A DNA stretch of 64,000 nucleotides, from NCBI RefSeq assembly GCF_001194135.2, contig NC_068981.1, positions 194,666,937-194,730,936 of the forward strand, written 5' to 3'. Below, piece by piece: positions 1-11,708 of the stretch. The translations under genes were made by a program, and so were the position numbers. The DNA comes from Octopus bimaculoides (lineage: Eukaryota). The notes beneath the pieces were generated by a model. The model ran no database searches and was not told where the DNA came from. It saw only the letters and a list, made by a program, of their open reading frames with translations. Within the stretch, counting starts at the first letter, position 1. The number at the start of each line of letters is the position of its first letter.

Positions 1-305
1 CCGCCTGAATGGCCTTGTAGGGTTTTCGAGCCAGATCGTTGCCAGTGCCCCTGGACTGGCTCTTGTGCGGGTGGCACATAAAAGACACCATTTCGAGCGT
101 GGCCGTTTTCGTGCGGGTGACACGTAAAAGCACCCACTACACTCTCTGAGTGGTTGGTGTTAGGAAGGGCATCCAGCTGTAGAAACTCTGCCAAATTAGA
201 TTGGAGCCTGGTGTAGCCATCCGGTTGCACCAGTCCTCAGTCAAATCGTCCAACCCATGCTAGCATGGAAAGCGGACGTTAAACGATGATGATGATGATG
301 ATGAT
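1..305 (+). mobile_element. RTE-type LINE 3' tail / associated short retroelement ending in (GAT)n; representative of about 40 full or partial copies in the window
   Basis: Recurrent ...AAAGCACCCACTACACTCT..GAGTGGTTGG..TTAGGAAGGGCATCCAGCTGTAGAAA..AGCATGGAAAGCGGACGTTAAACGATGATGAT; at 41890-42190 the same tail abuts an RT fragment. Confidence 0.75.
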
Positions 306-308
306 ACA

Positions 309-509
309 CAATAATCCCTTGCCATACTGCAGTTCACCTATTGTGGTTTATTATTTACGCTTATGTTGATTCCTCTGTGATGTTGTTTTGCATTAATAAA
401 ATAAATATATACAAGTAATGAAAATAAGAAACAAAAATATACAATACTGTTTCTACTTCTTGGATTTTCACCTGTTGCGGTGGGGTTTGCGATAGTTGAG
501 GGATTACTG
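309..509. mobile_element. Tigger/pogo-like MITE
   Basis: TIR-like ends CAATAATCCCTT / GAGGGATTACTG, followed by TA and a TA/TCTA expansion; related partial copy at 47045-47235. Confidence 0.6.
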
Positions 510-511
510 TA

Positions 512-546
<35 letters not shown>

Positions 547-555
547 ATATCTATA

Positions 556-604
<49 letters not shown>

Positions 605-1697
605 GAAAAAAGTCAAGGTAGAAAATGCTAAAATAATTTTATAAAAAACATTTCAGTACCGTTTCAGTCATTGAGACTTTATCAACTGTAAGTATGGAAA
701 GCAATTAAACAAGAGAGACGGAGACAGGCAGGAACAAGGAAAATGCCCCTTTTTATTTGAATACTATGCCAGATCAGACTGGAGCCTGGTGCAGCTATCT
801 GGTCCACCAGTCCTCAGTCAAATCATCCAACCTATGCTAGCATGGAAAGCGGACGTTAAACAATGATGGTGATGATGATGATGATATATATGTCCTGTTT
901 GCATTTGTATTTGTGTACCATTTCTCGTTTTTTTACCGTCCTTGTTTTCGTATACATTCACTGCTTTCTTCCAAGGAATCTAGTGCTCTTAGCTTAGATT
1001 TTCTTTGGGGTTGGCCAGATTGGAGCCGTCTCGAGTATAACCAGCCAAAACTGCAAAGATAATCTGGAACTTGACTGAGGAAAGAAAACTCTGAATGATC
1101 CGCCCTTGTTTTTTCTTGTCCCTTTTTTGTATCATCTAACTTTCTGGTTGTCTTGTCGCCTGTTGCATTCTTATCCCATTTTTTGTATTCTTTTATATAT
1201 ATATATATATATATATTCACGGTGGTGCACCAGCATGACCGCAGCCACTTGGCTGAAACACATAAATAAATAAATAAAAAAATATATATATACTAATTGT
1301 CATGGCAGATACCAGTGTCACACAAATGGCACCCATGCTGGTGGAACATAAACGCACCCATTACATTCTCAGAGTGATTGGTGTTAGGAAGGGCATCCAG
1401 CTGTAGGGACCATGCCAAACCAGACTGGAGCCTGGTGCAGCCTTCCAGCATGCCAGCCCTGGTCAAACCATCCAACCCATGCTAGCATGGACAACGGATG
1501 TTAAATGATGGTGATGATGATGACAATATATGCATACACACACACACAGATTACAGTGTGTATAAATTTTTGTATTATAAATCATAGTATATCTAAATGA
1601 TAAAATGTATAATGTACAGTATCTGTCTGTCTGTCTGTCATCCATACATCTTCCTCATCTTCCTCACCAAACTAATATTTTCCACTGACCCCATCTT

Positions 1698-2102
1698 ACA
1701 TTATTTACGTTTGATGGATATTTGTCCTCATCTTGTTTGTTGTTATTATTAAGGTCATTGCCTGGAATTGAACTCGGAATCTTGGGCTTCGTGGCCCACG
1801 CTCTTAACCACTATGCCATATGCCCGTGGGCAATTATGGAGTGAATTTTGGGGCTTAGTGGTTAAGAGCACGGGCTACTAACCCTAAGATTCTGAGTTCA
1901 GTTTCAGGCAGTGACCTGAATAATAATAATTACATCGAAAAATATCATAGGAATGAGAACCCAGGTTCAAAATTTCTCCAAGACACCTGATGAAGGCTGG
2001 AGGATATATCAGCTGAAACGTTGTGTTAACAACAGACAAGATGAAGACAAATATCCGTCAAATGTAAATAATGTACATAATTCCTCATCCCTTAAATATA
2101 GA
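1698..2102. mobile_element. Head-to-head palindromic element (tRNA-like head + hammerhead-bearing tail), copy 1
   Basis: Inverted tRNA-like heads at ~1753-1817 and ~1852-1917; flanking direct repeat ACTGACCCCA(T/C)CTT at 1684-1697 and 2103-2116. Confidence 0.75.
1982..2027 (+). ncRNA. Minimal type-I hammerhead ribozyme motif
   Basis: gacac CTGATGA a ggctg-loop-cagct GAAA c gt t gtgtt: stem I gacac/gtgtt, stem II, palindromic ACGT stem III. Confidence 0.7.
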
Positions 2103-4635
2103 ACTGACCCCACCTTTTCTGTGCCACCAGTTATCTCTCCCTTTCCACTGAGTTACATCTTTTGATTGCCATATCTCATTCTTAACAGACTTCATATCTG
2201 CCATCAACTGCATTCTTCCTTTGTTTATCCCTCACTATAGCCATCCCTATGTATCTCTAAACTCCATCTCTGTTGCTGTACCTCTTTCTATTTCTTCCCC
2301 CACCCACCCATCCTGTTCTCCTTTACCCACTCATCTCCATTCATTGTTCTATAATATTCTGCTGTTCCCTAACCCTAACCCTAACCCTACCCTTTGCAGA
2401 CTTCCTCTTACCATCCTCACTTCCTGAGCCACTCCTATTTCTTTTCCATTCTCCCAAGGATTGATATTTACCCTCCCCCCCCCCTCCCCACCTTTGTTCA
2501 CAACTTACTTCATTCACTTCTACCCACCTCTCACTCTCCTACAAACTTAACTGCCCACCCCTCTTGATTCTCAGACTGTATTCTCTCTCATACTTACCTT
2601 CTTGTACCTTTGAGAACATTCCCTGACACCTCATCACTCTCCTGATTGCCTTCTTTCCAGCTATTCCCATCGACCCTTATATGATGTGGGGTAGCCTTGT
2701 ATCTCTTGACTCCCGTGCTTGTCCCTGTATCATTCTTCAGCCTCTCAACACCTGGCAGAGAGTCACTTCCCTCCCTACTACAAACCCACTCACCTGAGGG
2801 GTGTTTGACGATCCTACCTGTACTAGTGCCATGTACAAAGCATTCAGAACACCCTGTAAACTGGCTGCTGCTAGGAAGGGCACCCAGCTGTACAAACTGT
2901 AGAACCATACCAAGGCAGACATTGGAGCTTGATGCAGTTGTGTGGCTTGTTGGATCCTGTTGAACCATCCAACCCTTTCCCGATATGGACAACATACATT
3001 AAAGAATGATGAAATATGACTCTCTCTGCCTTCACACATCCACCTCTCTCTCTCTCTCTCTCTATCAATGACTGGCACCTGTGCCAGTGGAGCATTAACA
3101 GCACTGTTCGAGCGTGATCATTGCCAGGGCAGCTGTCTGGCTTCCATGCTAGTGGCACGTAAATAGCACCATTTGAGCATGGTCGTTACCAGCGTCGCTT
3201 TATTGGCACTTGTGCTGGTGGCACATTAGAAAATCATTAGAGCGAGGTCGTTGCCAGTGCCGCTGGACTGGCTCCTGTGCAGGTGGCACATAAAAAACAT
3301 CATATATATATATATATGTGTCTGGATATATAAAGATATTCTTTTACTTGTTTCAGTTATTCGACTGTGGCCATGCTGGAGCACCACCTTTAGTCAAATA
3401 GATTGACCCCAGGGCTTATTCTTTGTAAGCCTAGTACTTATTCTATTGGTCTCTTTTTGCTGAACCACTAAGTTATGGGAACGTAAACACATCAACATCA
3501 GTTGTCAAGTGATGGTGGTAGGGACAAACATAGACACACAAATATATACATACATGTGCATAAATACAACAGGCTTCTTTCAGTTTCTATCTACCAAATT
3601 CACTCACAAGGCTTTTGGCCGGCCTGAGGCTAAAGCAGAAGACACTTGCCCAAGGTGCCATACAGCGAGACTGAACCTGGAACCATGTGGTTGGGAATCA
3701 AGCTACTTACCACACAGCCACAGCTGTGCCTGTAGATATATATCAATTCAAATATAGAGATAATTGTATATAGATTTATTTGAATGTAAATCTTGAATAA
3801 AAATGGCTGCTGCATTTGTTAGTCTGTCTCATATGCACAATGTCTACACACACGTTTTCACATACACATACATCTGAATATAAACAAATGTGAATATAAA
3901 GATATATTTGGATAAACTAATACACATAGACAAATCTGGTTATAGATATAACGATATTTATTAATATACCAGAAGATAAATATGGGTATAAATGGAGATT
4001 TAATGATATATATTGATACAACATATATGGTTATAAATATAGACATATACATATATAGACACATCCAGCTATAAATGTCGATCCATATTGTAATGTGATA
4101 AAATGGTTTACAGCTGAAGAAATGAGTGAGGAGAGTGACAAGTCTAATTATGATGATAATTTTAATTAGAAAGTGTAAAGTCAATGTCCTGTACTAATTA
4201 TATTTCTGTCATCACATAATTATTTCTGGTTGCAGACAGTGTGAGGAAGAGTCTTGCCTACTCCTCCTCCTCCTCCTCTAGACTGGACATATTTTTCCAC
4301 AGAAGACTGGAACAATCTCACTTGATGTCAAGACAAGAAGACACACAGACACACAAATGTGCGCACACACATATAAATATATGATGGGCTTCTTTCAATT
4401 TCCCGTTCACCAAATTCACTCATAAGGCTTCGGGAAACCTGGGGCTGTAGTAGAAGACATTTGCCTAGGGTGCTGTGCAGTAGGACTGAACTGAAAACCA
4501 CATGGTTGGGAAGCAAGCTTCTTAACCACACAGCCACACATGTACAAACACATCATGAATGTCTCAGCAAAGTTAAACCATTACTATGGATCTTTGAATG
4601 GTTAAAATGAGTTTCTCTCACTGGAATTGCTTTAG

Positions 4636-4749
4636 TTTCAATACAATCTGCTCTCATACCATGTGTTCTAACACCCAATGCTATGAGGGAGTTGTCCCCA
4701 AAATGCTATCAGGCAAGAAATCGGCAAACAAGCAAAACATATACATTGA
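4636..4749 (+). CDS. ROCO gene candidate upstream exon
   Basis: tttag|...TTGA|gtatgt, open in phase 2->2, joins 5205 in frame; no recognisable motif. Confidence 0.3.
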
Positions 4750-5550
4750 GTATGTGCGGTTGATAATTCTTATAAACTAGAGCTGCTTTTAATTTGTAAT
4801 TGAGGCACAAGAAGCCAGAGCTATTTTGAACGAGATCTCACTGGTAGCCATTACCATGTCCAAGACAAGAACAAGATCTTGCCTGCAACCATTTGCCATG
4901 CGCAAGACGACAACGAGGCTCTCATCAGCAACCAGTATTTAAGCAGGAGAATAAGACATTCTCTCTCGTTCCTTCTTGCACTTACACTGAGAAATACTGC
5001 ATAGTCAGCGACTCACAGTGGACTCTTGTCTTGCTCTGACTCCACATGCTTATCTCCAGAGTTAATGAATCTCATGTGTACAGAGTTAGGACAAACCATT
5101 TGTTGCTATAAAGACAGTCACTGAGAGCAAACAATATGAACGAGAACTCTGTAAATAAATGGCTATTGAATTGTACTCTGCTTGTGAACTTCTTTGTGTT
5201 CCAGATCCTTGAAGCTACAAAAAATAATTATAATGGGGAAAGGAGATACTCCCACAAGCATCTTAAACCTTCTATTCCATTATATATGCATCACTATGGC
5301 ATACAAGCATATGGTTCTTACACTGTTTATAAATAGTCATATAGTAAGGCGCTGGCATGGCTGTGTGGTAAGAAGGTTACTTCCCAAACACATGGGTCCG
5401 GGTTCAGTCCTACTGCCTGGCATCTTGGACAAGTGTCTTCTACTATAGCCTTTCGCTGACCAAAGCCTTGTGAGTGGATTTGGTAGCAGCACTGGCAACG
5501 ACCTCATATGTATATCATCATCATCATCATCATCATCGTTTAACGTCCGC

Positions 5551-5593
<43 letters not shown>

Positions 5594-7016
5594 TGATATG
5601 ATCATCATCATTTTAACATCCTGTTCTATTCCCTTTTTACTTCTTTTTCCTCTTCTTTTTTCTTATTCTACTTCTCCTTCTCTTCTACTGACTCTGTCCA
5701 AAAGCCTTTATTTAGTCCAATCGAATCTTTCCTTTCAGTTAGTAAATACACACATGCCCTGTATTTCTTTTACTTGTCTGGAGAATTTGCTACATATCGA
5801 GGAAACCCAAAAGCAACAGGCCATCCATTGGACTGTTCTAAATAAAAACAAAATGTATAATCATCATCATTCATCATTCATCATTCATCATTCAACATCT
5901 TTCCATTCTGACATGGGTTGGATGGCATGACAAAAGTTGCAAGGCCACTTTGCACACCGTTGCTAGCTTTGGCATGGTTTCTACAGTTGGAGACCCTTCC
6001 CAATGCCAACCGTTGTACAGAGTGAACTGGGTGCCTTTTTCCCATGCTACTGACAAGGAAGAGAAGAAAAGAAAAGGGAGAAAAGCTATTACTCCTAAGA
6101 GGGACTATTTAGGAGATGGAGATGGGTGGATTTATGCCAGGTGTCGAGAGGGTAAACCAGTGGTTCCCAACCTGTGGTCCCCTGATGCCTGGTGGTCTGC
6201 AAAGGTAGTACTCGGGGTCTGTGAACATGTTAAGTTTTCAATATTCTGGGGTCCGTGGGAAAACTCATTTAAATAAAAGGGGTCCTTGGTAGTAAAAGGT
6301 TGGGAACTGTATGATTGAGGGACAAGCACAGGTGTTTTGGTAGAGGAGACACATGGCTGAAGGAGATCAAAGGAAAATAGTGATGGAGTGCTAGAGCAAA
6401 CTTCCAAGGACCCCCAGTACTACCTTTGCGGATACAAATGGTGGGTCATGGGAGGGGATGAAAGAGTGGCTACTTTCATAAGTGTGTGAGAAGGGAGTAC
6501 CAGATGGACAATGATAGGGGCAAAAGTGATGATAGCAAGGAACAAGGGCAGAGGTGAGGGTGAAGGGAAACATCAGAATAGAGAGGGGTAAGATGGGAGA
6601 TATATGAGTGGCTTAGGAAGGGGACTAGATCAGAAAGTTATGGGTTGATGTGCAAGGTGTGGGAGAAGTAAAGAGGGAGGGATAGGGATATGTAAGGGAC
6701 TACAGTAATTGGGACAGGATGATAATGATGAATAGAAGTGGCTCAGGGGAGAGGAGAAGGGCGATGGCCAGAAGGGGGATGAGGTAATATGTGCCAGTTC
6801 TGCTCTCAGGTGACTACAGCAGCCAAATGGTACCACAAATGGGGGGGGGGGAATGATAGGTGTAAAGGGATGACTATTTGGGGAAATGTTTAATGCATCA
6901 GAGGCAAGAGAGGGGGCAGGTCCCTGCATGTGCAAGCATAACCAAGTGGTTTTAGGACATGATTTTTGCTGTAATGGGCGATCTTTCATAGCATCGTTAT
7001 CATTATTGCCACCGTT

Positions 7017-7049
<33 letters not shown>

Positions 7050-9518
7050 GTCGTCCTCGTCCTTGTCATCATTTGTCATCATCTAACATCTATTCTCAGT
7101 TCTGGCATGGAAGGATCCAATGTGTCTGAAGATCCATATAGATATTAGATGATACATTATATTATATATCACATATATATATGATATATATATATATGTG
7201 ATATATCATATCAAATTGTATTGTATTATATTTATTATGTTATACTCTGTTGTAGGACTGCAAGGATTTTCCTCTTGGGGACAACAAAGTCTAGCAAAAG
7301 ATCCTTGCTGAAAACTGTGTTAAAGGATCAGTTTCAGGAGTCTGGTGCCAAAGGTGATGAAGGTGTTACACTGTGGCTATGGCATCCTTTCAAGAATCAA
7401 CAAAACTGTAGGTCCTTTACAATGTTATTTTTGTTGTTGAATGTTGTTGTTGTTAAGCCCTAGTTCAGATCTGAATGAGCAGACCTATGATCAGAAACAA
7501 TCCAGCCATGACCATCTCATCATGTTATTCCAGACGTAGCATAACCAAGACTGTTTTATTGTTTTTTTTATATGTTTCAGCCCTCAAGGTTGTGGCCATG
7601 CTGGAGCACTGCCCGTAAAAATATTTTTTAATATGCTGGACTGCCGTGACCAAGATTCAAACCTGGGTTACCACGGCCTCAATGTGGGGTCCTCACCACT
7701 AAATGATCACAACCTTCATTTGGTTTTAATATGAGGGAAACTTGGCTGCTATTTCTGATGTATGCATGCATCTTTATATATGTGTGTGTGCGTGTGTGTG
7801 TGTGTGTGCGTGTGTGTGTGTGCGTGTGCGTGTGTATCATCATCATCATTTAATGTCCTTTTTCCATGCTGGTATGGGTTGGCTGATTTGACAAGAACAG
7901 ACAAGCCAGAGGGCTCTGCCAGGTTCTATGTCTGTTTTGGCAGGGTTTTTACAGCTGGATGCCCTTCTTGATGCCAACCACTTAACAAGAGTTTACTGGG
8001 TGCTTACTTGTGAGTGGATTTGGAAGATGGAAACTGAAAGCAGCCTATCTTATATATGTATGTATTTGTGTGTCTGTGTTTGTCTCCCCCACCATCGCTT
8101 CATAGTCGATGTTGGTGTGTTTATGTCTCCCGTAACTTAGCCATTCAGCAAAAAGAGACCGACAGAATAAGTACTAGGCTTACAAAGAATAAGTCCTGGG
8201 ATCGATTCGTTCGACTAAAGGCAGTGCTCCAGCAAGGCCACAGTCAAATGACTGAAACAAATAAAAGAGTAAAAGAATTTCTTTCAGAGCAGTGAGTTGG
8301 TGGAATCATGAGGGCATCATAAAAAATATCTTGGAACATTTGCTCCAGGTCTGAAAGTTATGAGATCAATTCTGACTGAAGTCAAGAACCAGGGGGGATA
8401 TAAATCATATCACCAACTGCATCCCCACCCAACTATAAATTCCAGGCCCTGTACCTATGTTAGAAACAGTTATTGGTTAATACTTTACATGGTTTTGTAA
8501 CATTAGAGAGCAATATCTTTTCAGGTGATTTAGTGGCAGAATATATGACAGAAGATTTAAAAGACTCACAAATAGAAATCTGGGAACTTTCAGACAATCA
8601 GGTTGGTAGCTTTCGTTTCTTTTACACAAATATTTATGGAGTAAAGATTGTTTGCCAACATAACATGGCAGTCCTGGTTTAGGACGAATGTAATTTAGCC
8701 CCAGGAGACATCGTCTCCAGCTGGCTATAGGACACGATCTGTGTCCTTACATTTTTTGAACAAGGGAATCTAGCACCCCCACTCAGCTCAAAACAATATC
8801 TGTGTATTACGATTTCAGGGTTATTTGCCTTCATCAGCACAGAATAATTGTTTGGCTAGAAGTGGCACTGCCAAATTCCTGTTTGAAATATATAGTTTTC
8901 AACGGGAATTTGGCAGTGCCAAACATTTATTCTAGCCAAACATTTATTCTGTGCTGATGAAGAGAAATAACCCGGAAGTCGTGATACACAGATACTGTTT
9001 TGAGCTGAGTGGGGGTGCTATATTCCCTTGTTCGAAAATATAAGGACACAGATTGTGTTGTATAGCCAGCTGGAGATGATGTCTCCTGGGGTTAAGCTAC
9101 AGCAACATTCGTCCTAAACCAGGAGTGCCATGTTATGATGGCAAATAATCTTTACTACAAAGTACTGTTGCTGAATATCTCTCGTTGTGAGATTTAAAAA
9201 TAGTAATTTTCTAACGAATATTTATAGTCACTGACTTCTCTCCCCCACCTACTCTCTCTCTCTCTGTCTCTATTTCTCTACTTATCACTCTTTCTCCCTC
9301 TTCCCTCCCCCTCTCTTTATGCACCTCATCATTTATGCATACACACACATCTTCTCTGACTTTAGATCTCTGTTTCCCTCTCACTTCGCCTCTGTTTTTC
9401 TCAATACACATCTCTTGCTGAATCCATCCATCCATCAATACATCATTCAATACGCACACACATACAATCATATATAAATATATGTAGATGTGTGTTCTCT
9501 CTCTCTCTCTCTCTCTCT

Positions 9519-9567
<49 letters not shown>

Positions 9568-10291
9568 CATACATATATATATTATAGTGGGGTAGGCTAG
9601 TTTATGGGGTTACTGTGGGTTTCTCACTCATAAGGGATTTAGCTTTACGGCATATCATCAAACCCCAAACGCTGCTAGCCTGAGACTTCTTTAAAATCTC
9701 AGAGGTCCCAGGCCAGCAATGTTTGGGGGTCTGAAGATATATCATAAGGCTAAACCTCTTATGAGCGAGAAACTCAGGGCAACCCCATAAATCACTATAG
9801 TATTAACTGCTCCACATCTTAGAGTCTGCTTCTTCTCCATATTTATGTATTTCTACAAACGATCCTTTATATCTATATATATGATAATAATATTAGGGAA
9901 AAAATTCCAAATTTACAGGGAAAAATTCAATTTAATTTATCAAAATTAAATTAAATTTCATAATATATAAATATATAATTTAGAGAAAAAAACCACAATT
10001 ATTTAATTCATCCATGAAAATCCACAATCATACATATATTTTACTANNNNNNNNNNNNNNNNNNNNNNNNNNNNNNNNNNNNNNNNNNNNNNNNNNNNNN
10101 NNNNNNNNNNNNNNNNNNNNNNNNNNNNNNNNNNNNNNNNNNNNNNNNNNNNNNNNNNNNNNNNNNNNNNNNNNNNNNNNNNNNNNNNNNNNNNNNNNNN
10201 NNNNNNNNNNNNNNNNNNNNNNNNNNNNNNNNNNNNNNNNNNNNNNNNNNNNNNNNNNNNNNNNNNNNNNNNNNNNNNNNNNNNNNNNNNN

Positions 10292-10344
<53 letters not shown>

Positions 10345-11674
10345 TATAATATATCTAAAGTTCTTTAATCACTGGTGTATTATTCTTTGCTGACCACCCC
10401 AACAGGTATTTCAGAAGATCCACCCCATCTATTACACATCAACTGCCCTCTATGTAATCACCTGTCATTCACCAAAGCCCAACTGTAAATCTGTGGTCGA
10501 CTTTATCAATACAGTCCAATGTAAGGTAGGTAATGCTTTCATTGTACCTTAATTACACTTTATTTAGTTTCATTCTGCTCTCATTATATCTTAATTATTC
10601 TTTAACCCTTTAGCATTCAGATTAACCCTTTTGATACCAACCCGGCTGAAACTGGCTCTGGCTCTGTAGTAGAAATGTCCTGTTTCCATAAGTTTTGAAT
10701 TAAAATCTTCCACCAAACCTTAGTCACAATCTATGTTCCTAACACTAGCTTAATGATAACTAAGTCATTTTACTAAATTCTTTGTTATATTTAAAGTAAA
10801 TGAAAGAAACACAGAGCATCTCAAAATAAATAAAGTAACGAAAGGGTTAAAAGTCTTCGTTAACTTTCCACATTTCAATGTCATGTAGTTAGAGTTTTTG
10901 CTCTCTGTATTTAAACCTATTGTTACCAACCCGGTCATTGCCAGAACCACCTGACTGGCACTTGTGCCGGTGGCACATAAAAGCACCCACTACACTCTTG
11001 GAGTGGTTGGCATTAGGAAGGGCATCCAGCTGTAGAAACTTTGCCAGATCAGATTGAAGCCTTGTGCAGCTTACTGGCTTTCCAGACTTCAGTCAAACCA
11101 TCCAACCCATGCCAGCATGGAAAACGGACGTTAAACGATGATGATGATAATTTCATGAAATAATTTGTTTTCAAAAAAATTTTGTTAATTTCAGAATCCC
11201 GGCAGCAGTATATTAATTGTAATGATTGTAAGTGATATAAATGGGGAGGTGAAAGGGACTCGAACCTGCGTCCCTGACCAATACTTCCAATTCCTCATGA
11301 ACAGCATAATAGACAATGAGAAAAACCAACTGGACAGTCTGCAAGAGGAGATGGAACAAATTAGGTGAGACCTCTTCTACTTAGACACTGATCATTGGTC
11401 AGTTTAAGTAAGATAGCCACTGGTGGCCATCATTGGTCAGTTTTGGGTAAAATTTAGTGACTGGTCATTGTTGGTCCATTAATTAAAATAAATTATCTGT
11501 GTTGGTGTTCATAAAAAGCCCCCACAACATTCTAGAAAGTGGTTGGTGTTAAGAAAGGGCTTCCAACAGTAGAAAGCATGCCAAAACAGACAATTGGAGC
11601 CTGGTGCCGCTCTCTGGTTTGCCAACTTCTGTTGAACTGTACAATCCATGCCAGCATGGAAAATGGATGTTAAT

Positions 11675-11708
<34 letters not shown>

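Larger units (their letters stand above)
8638..9216. mobile_element. Head-to-head palindromic element, family 2 (~250 bp arms) with a hammerhead motif in each arm
   Basis: Arms 8638-8888 and 8896-9157 are reverse complements; flanked by AATATTTAT at 8629-8637 and 9217-9225; single-arm relative at 36889-37102. Confidence 0.75.

Noticed and set aside
2367-2393. (CCCTAA)3 telomere-like repeat; also TTAGGG units at 52374-52395
   Set aside because: Too short, and embedded in low-complexity or repeat sequence; no evidence of an interstitial telomere.
4796-5081. Possible solo LTR (TG...CA, TATTTAAG, CATTCTCTCTCG)
   Set aside because: No TSD, primer-binding site or second copy could be found.
9700-9775. 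CTGAAGA motif inside the 9583-9800 inverted repeat considered as a hammerhead
   Set aside because: No GAAA and no stem III can be drawn.
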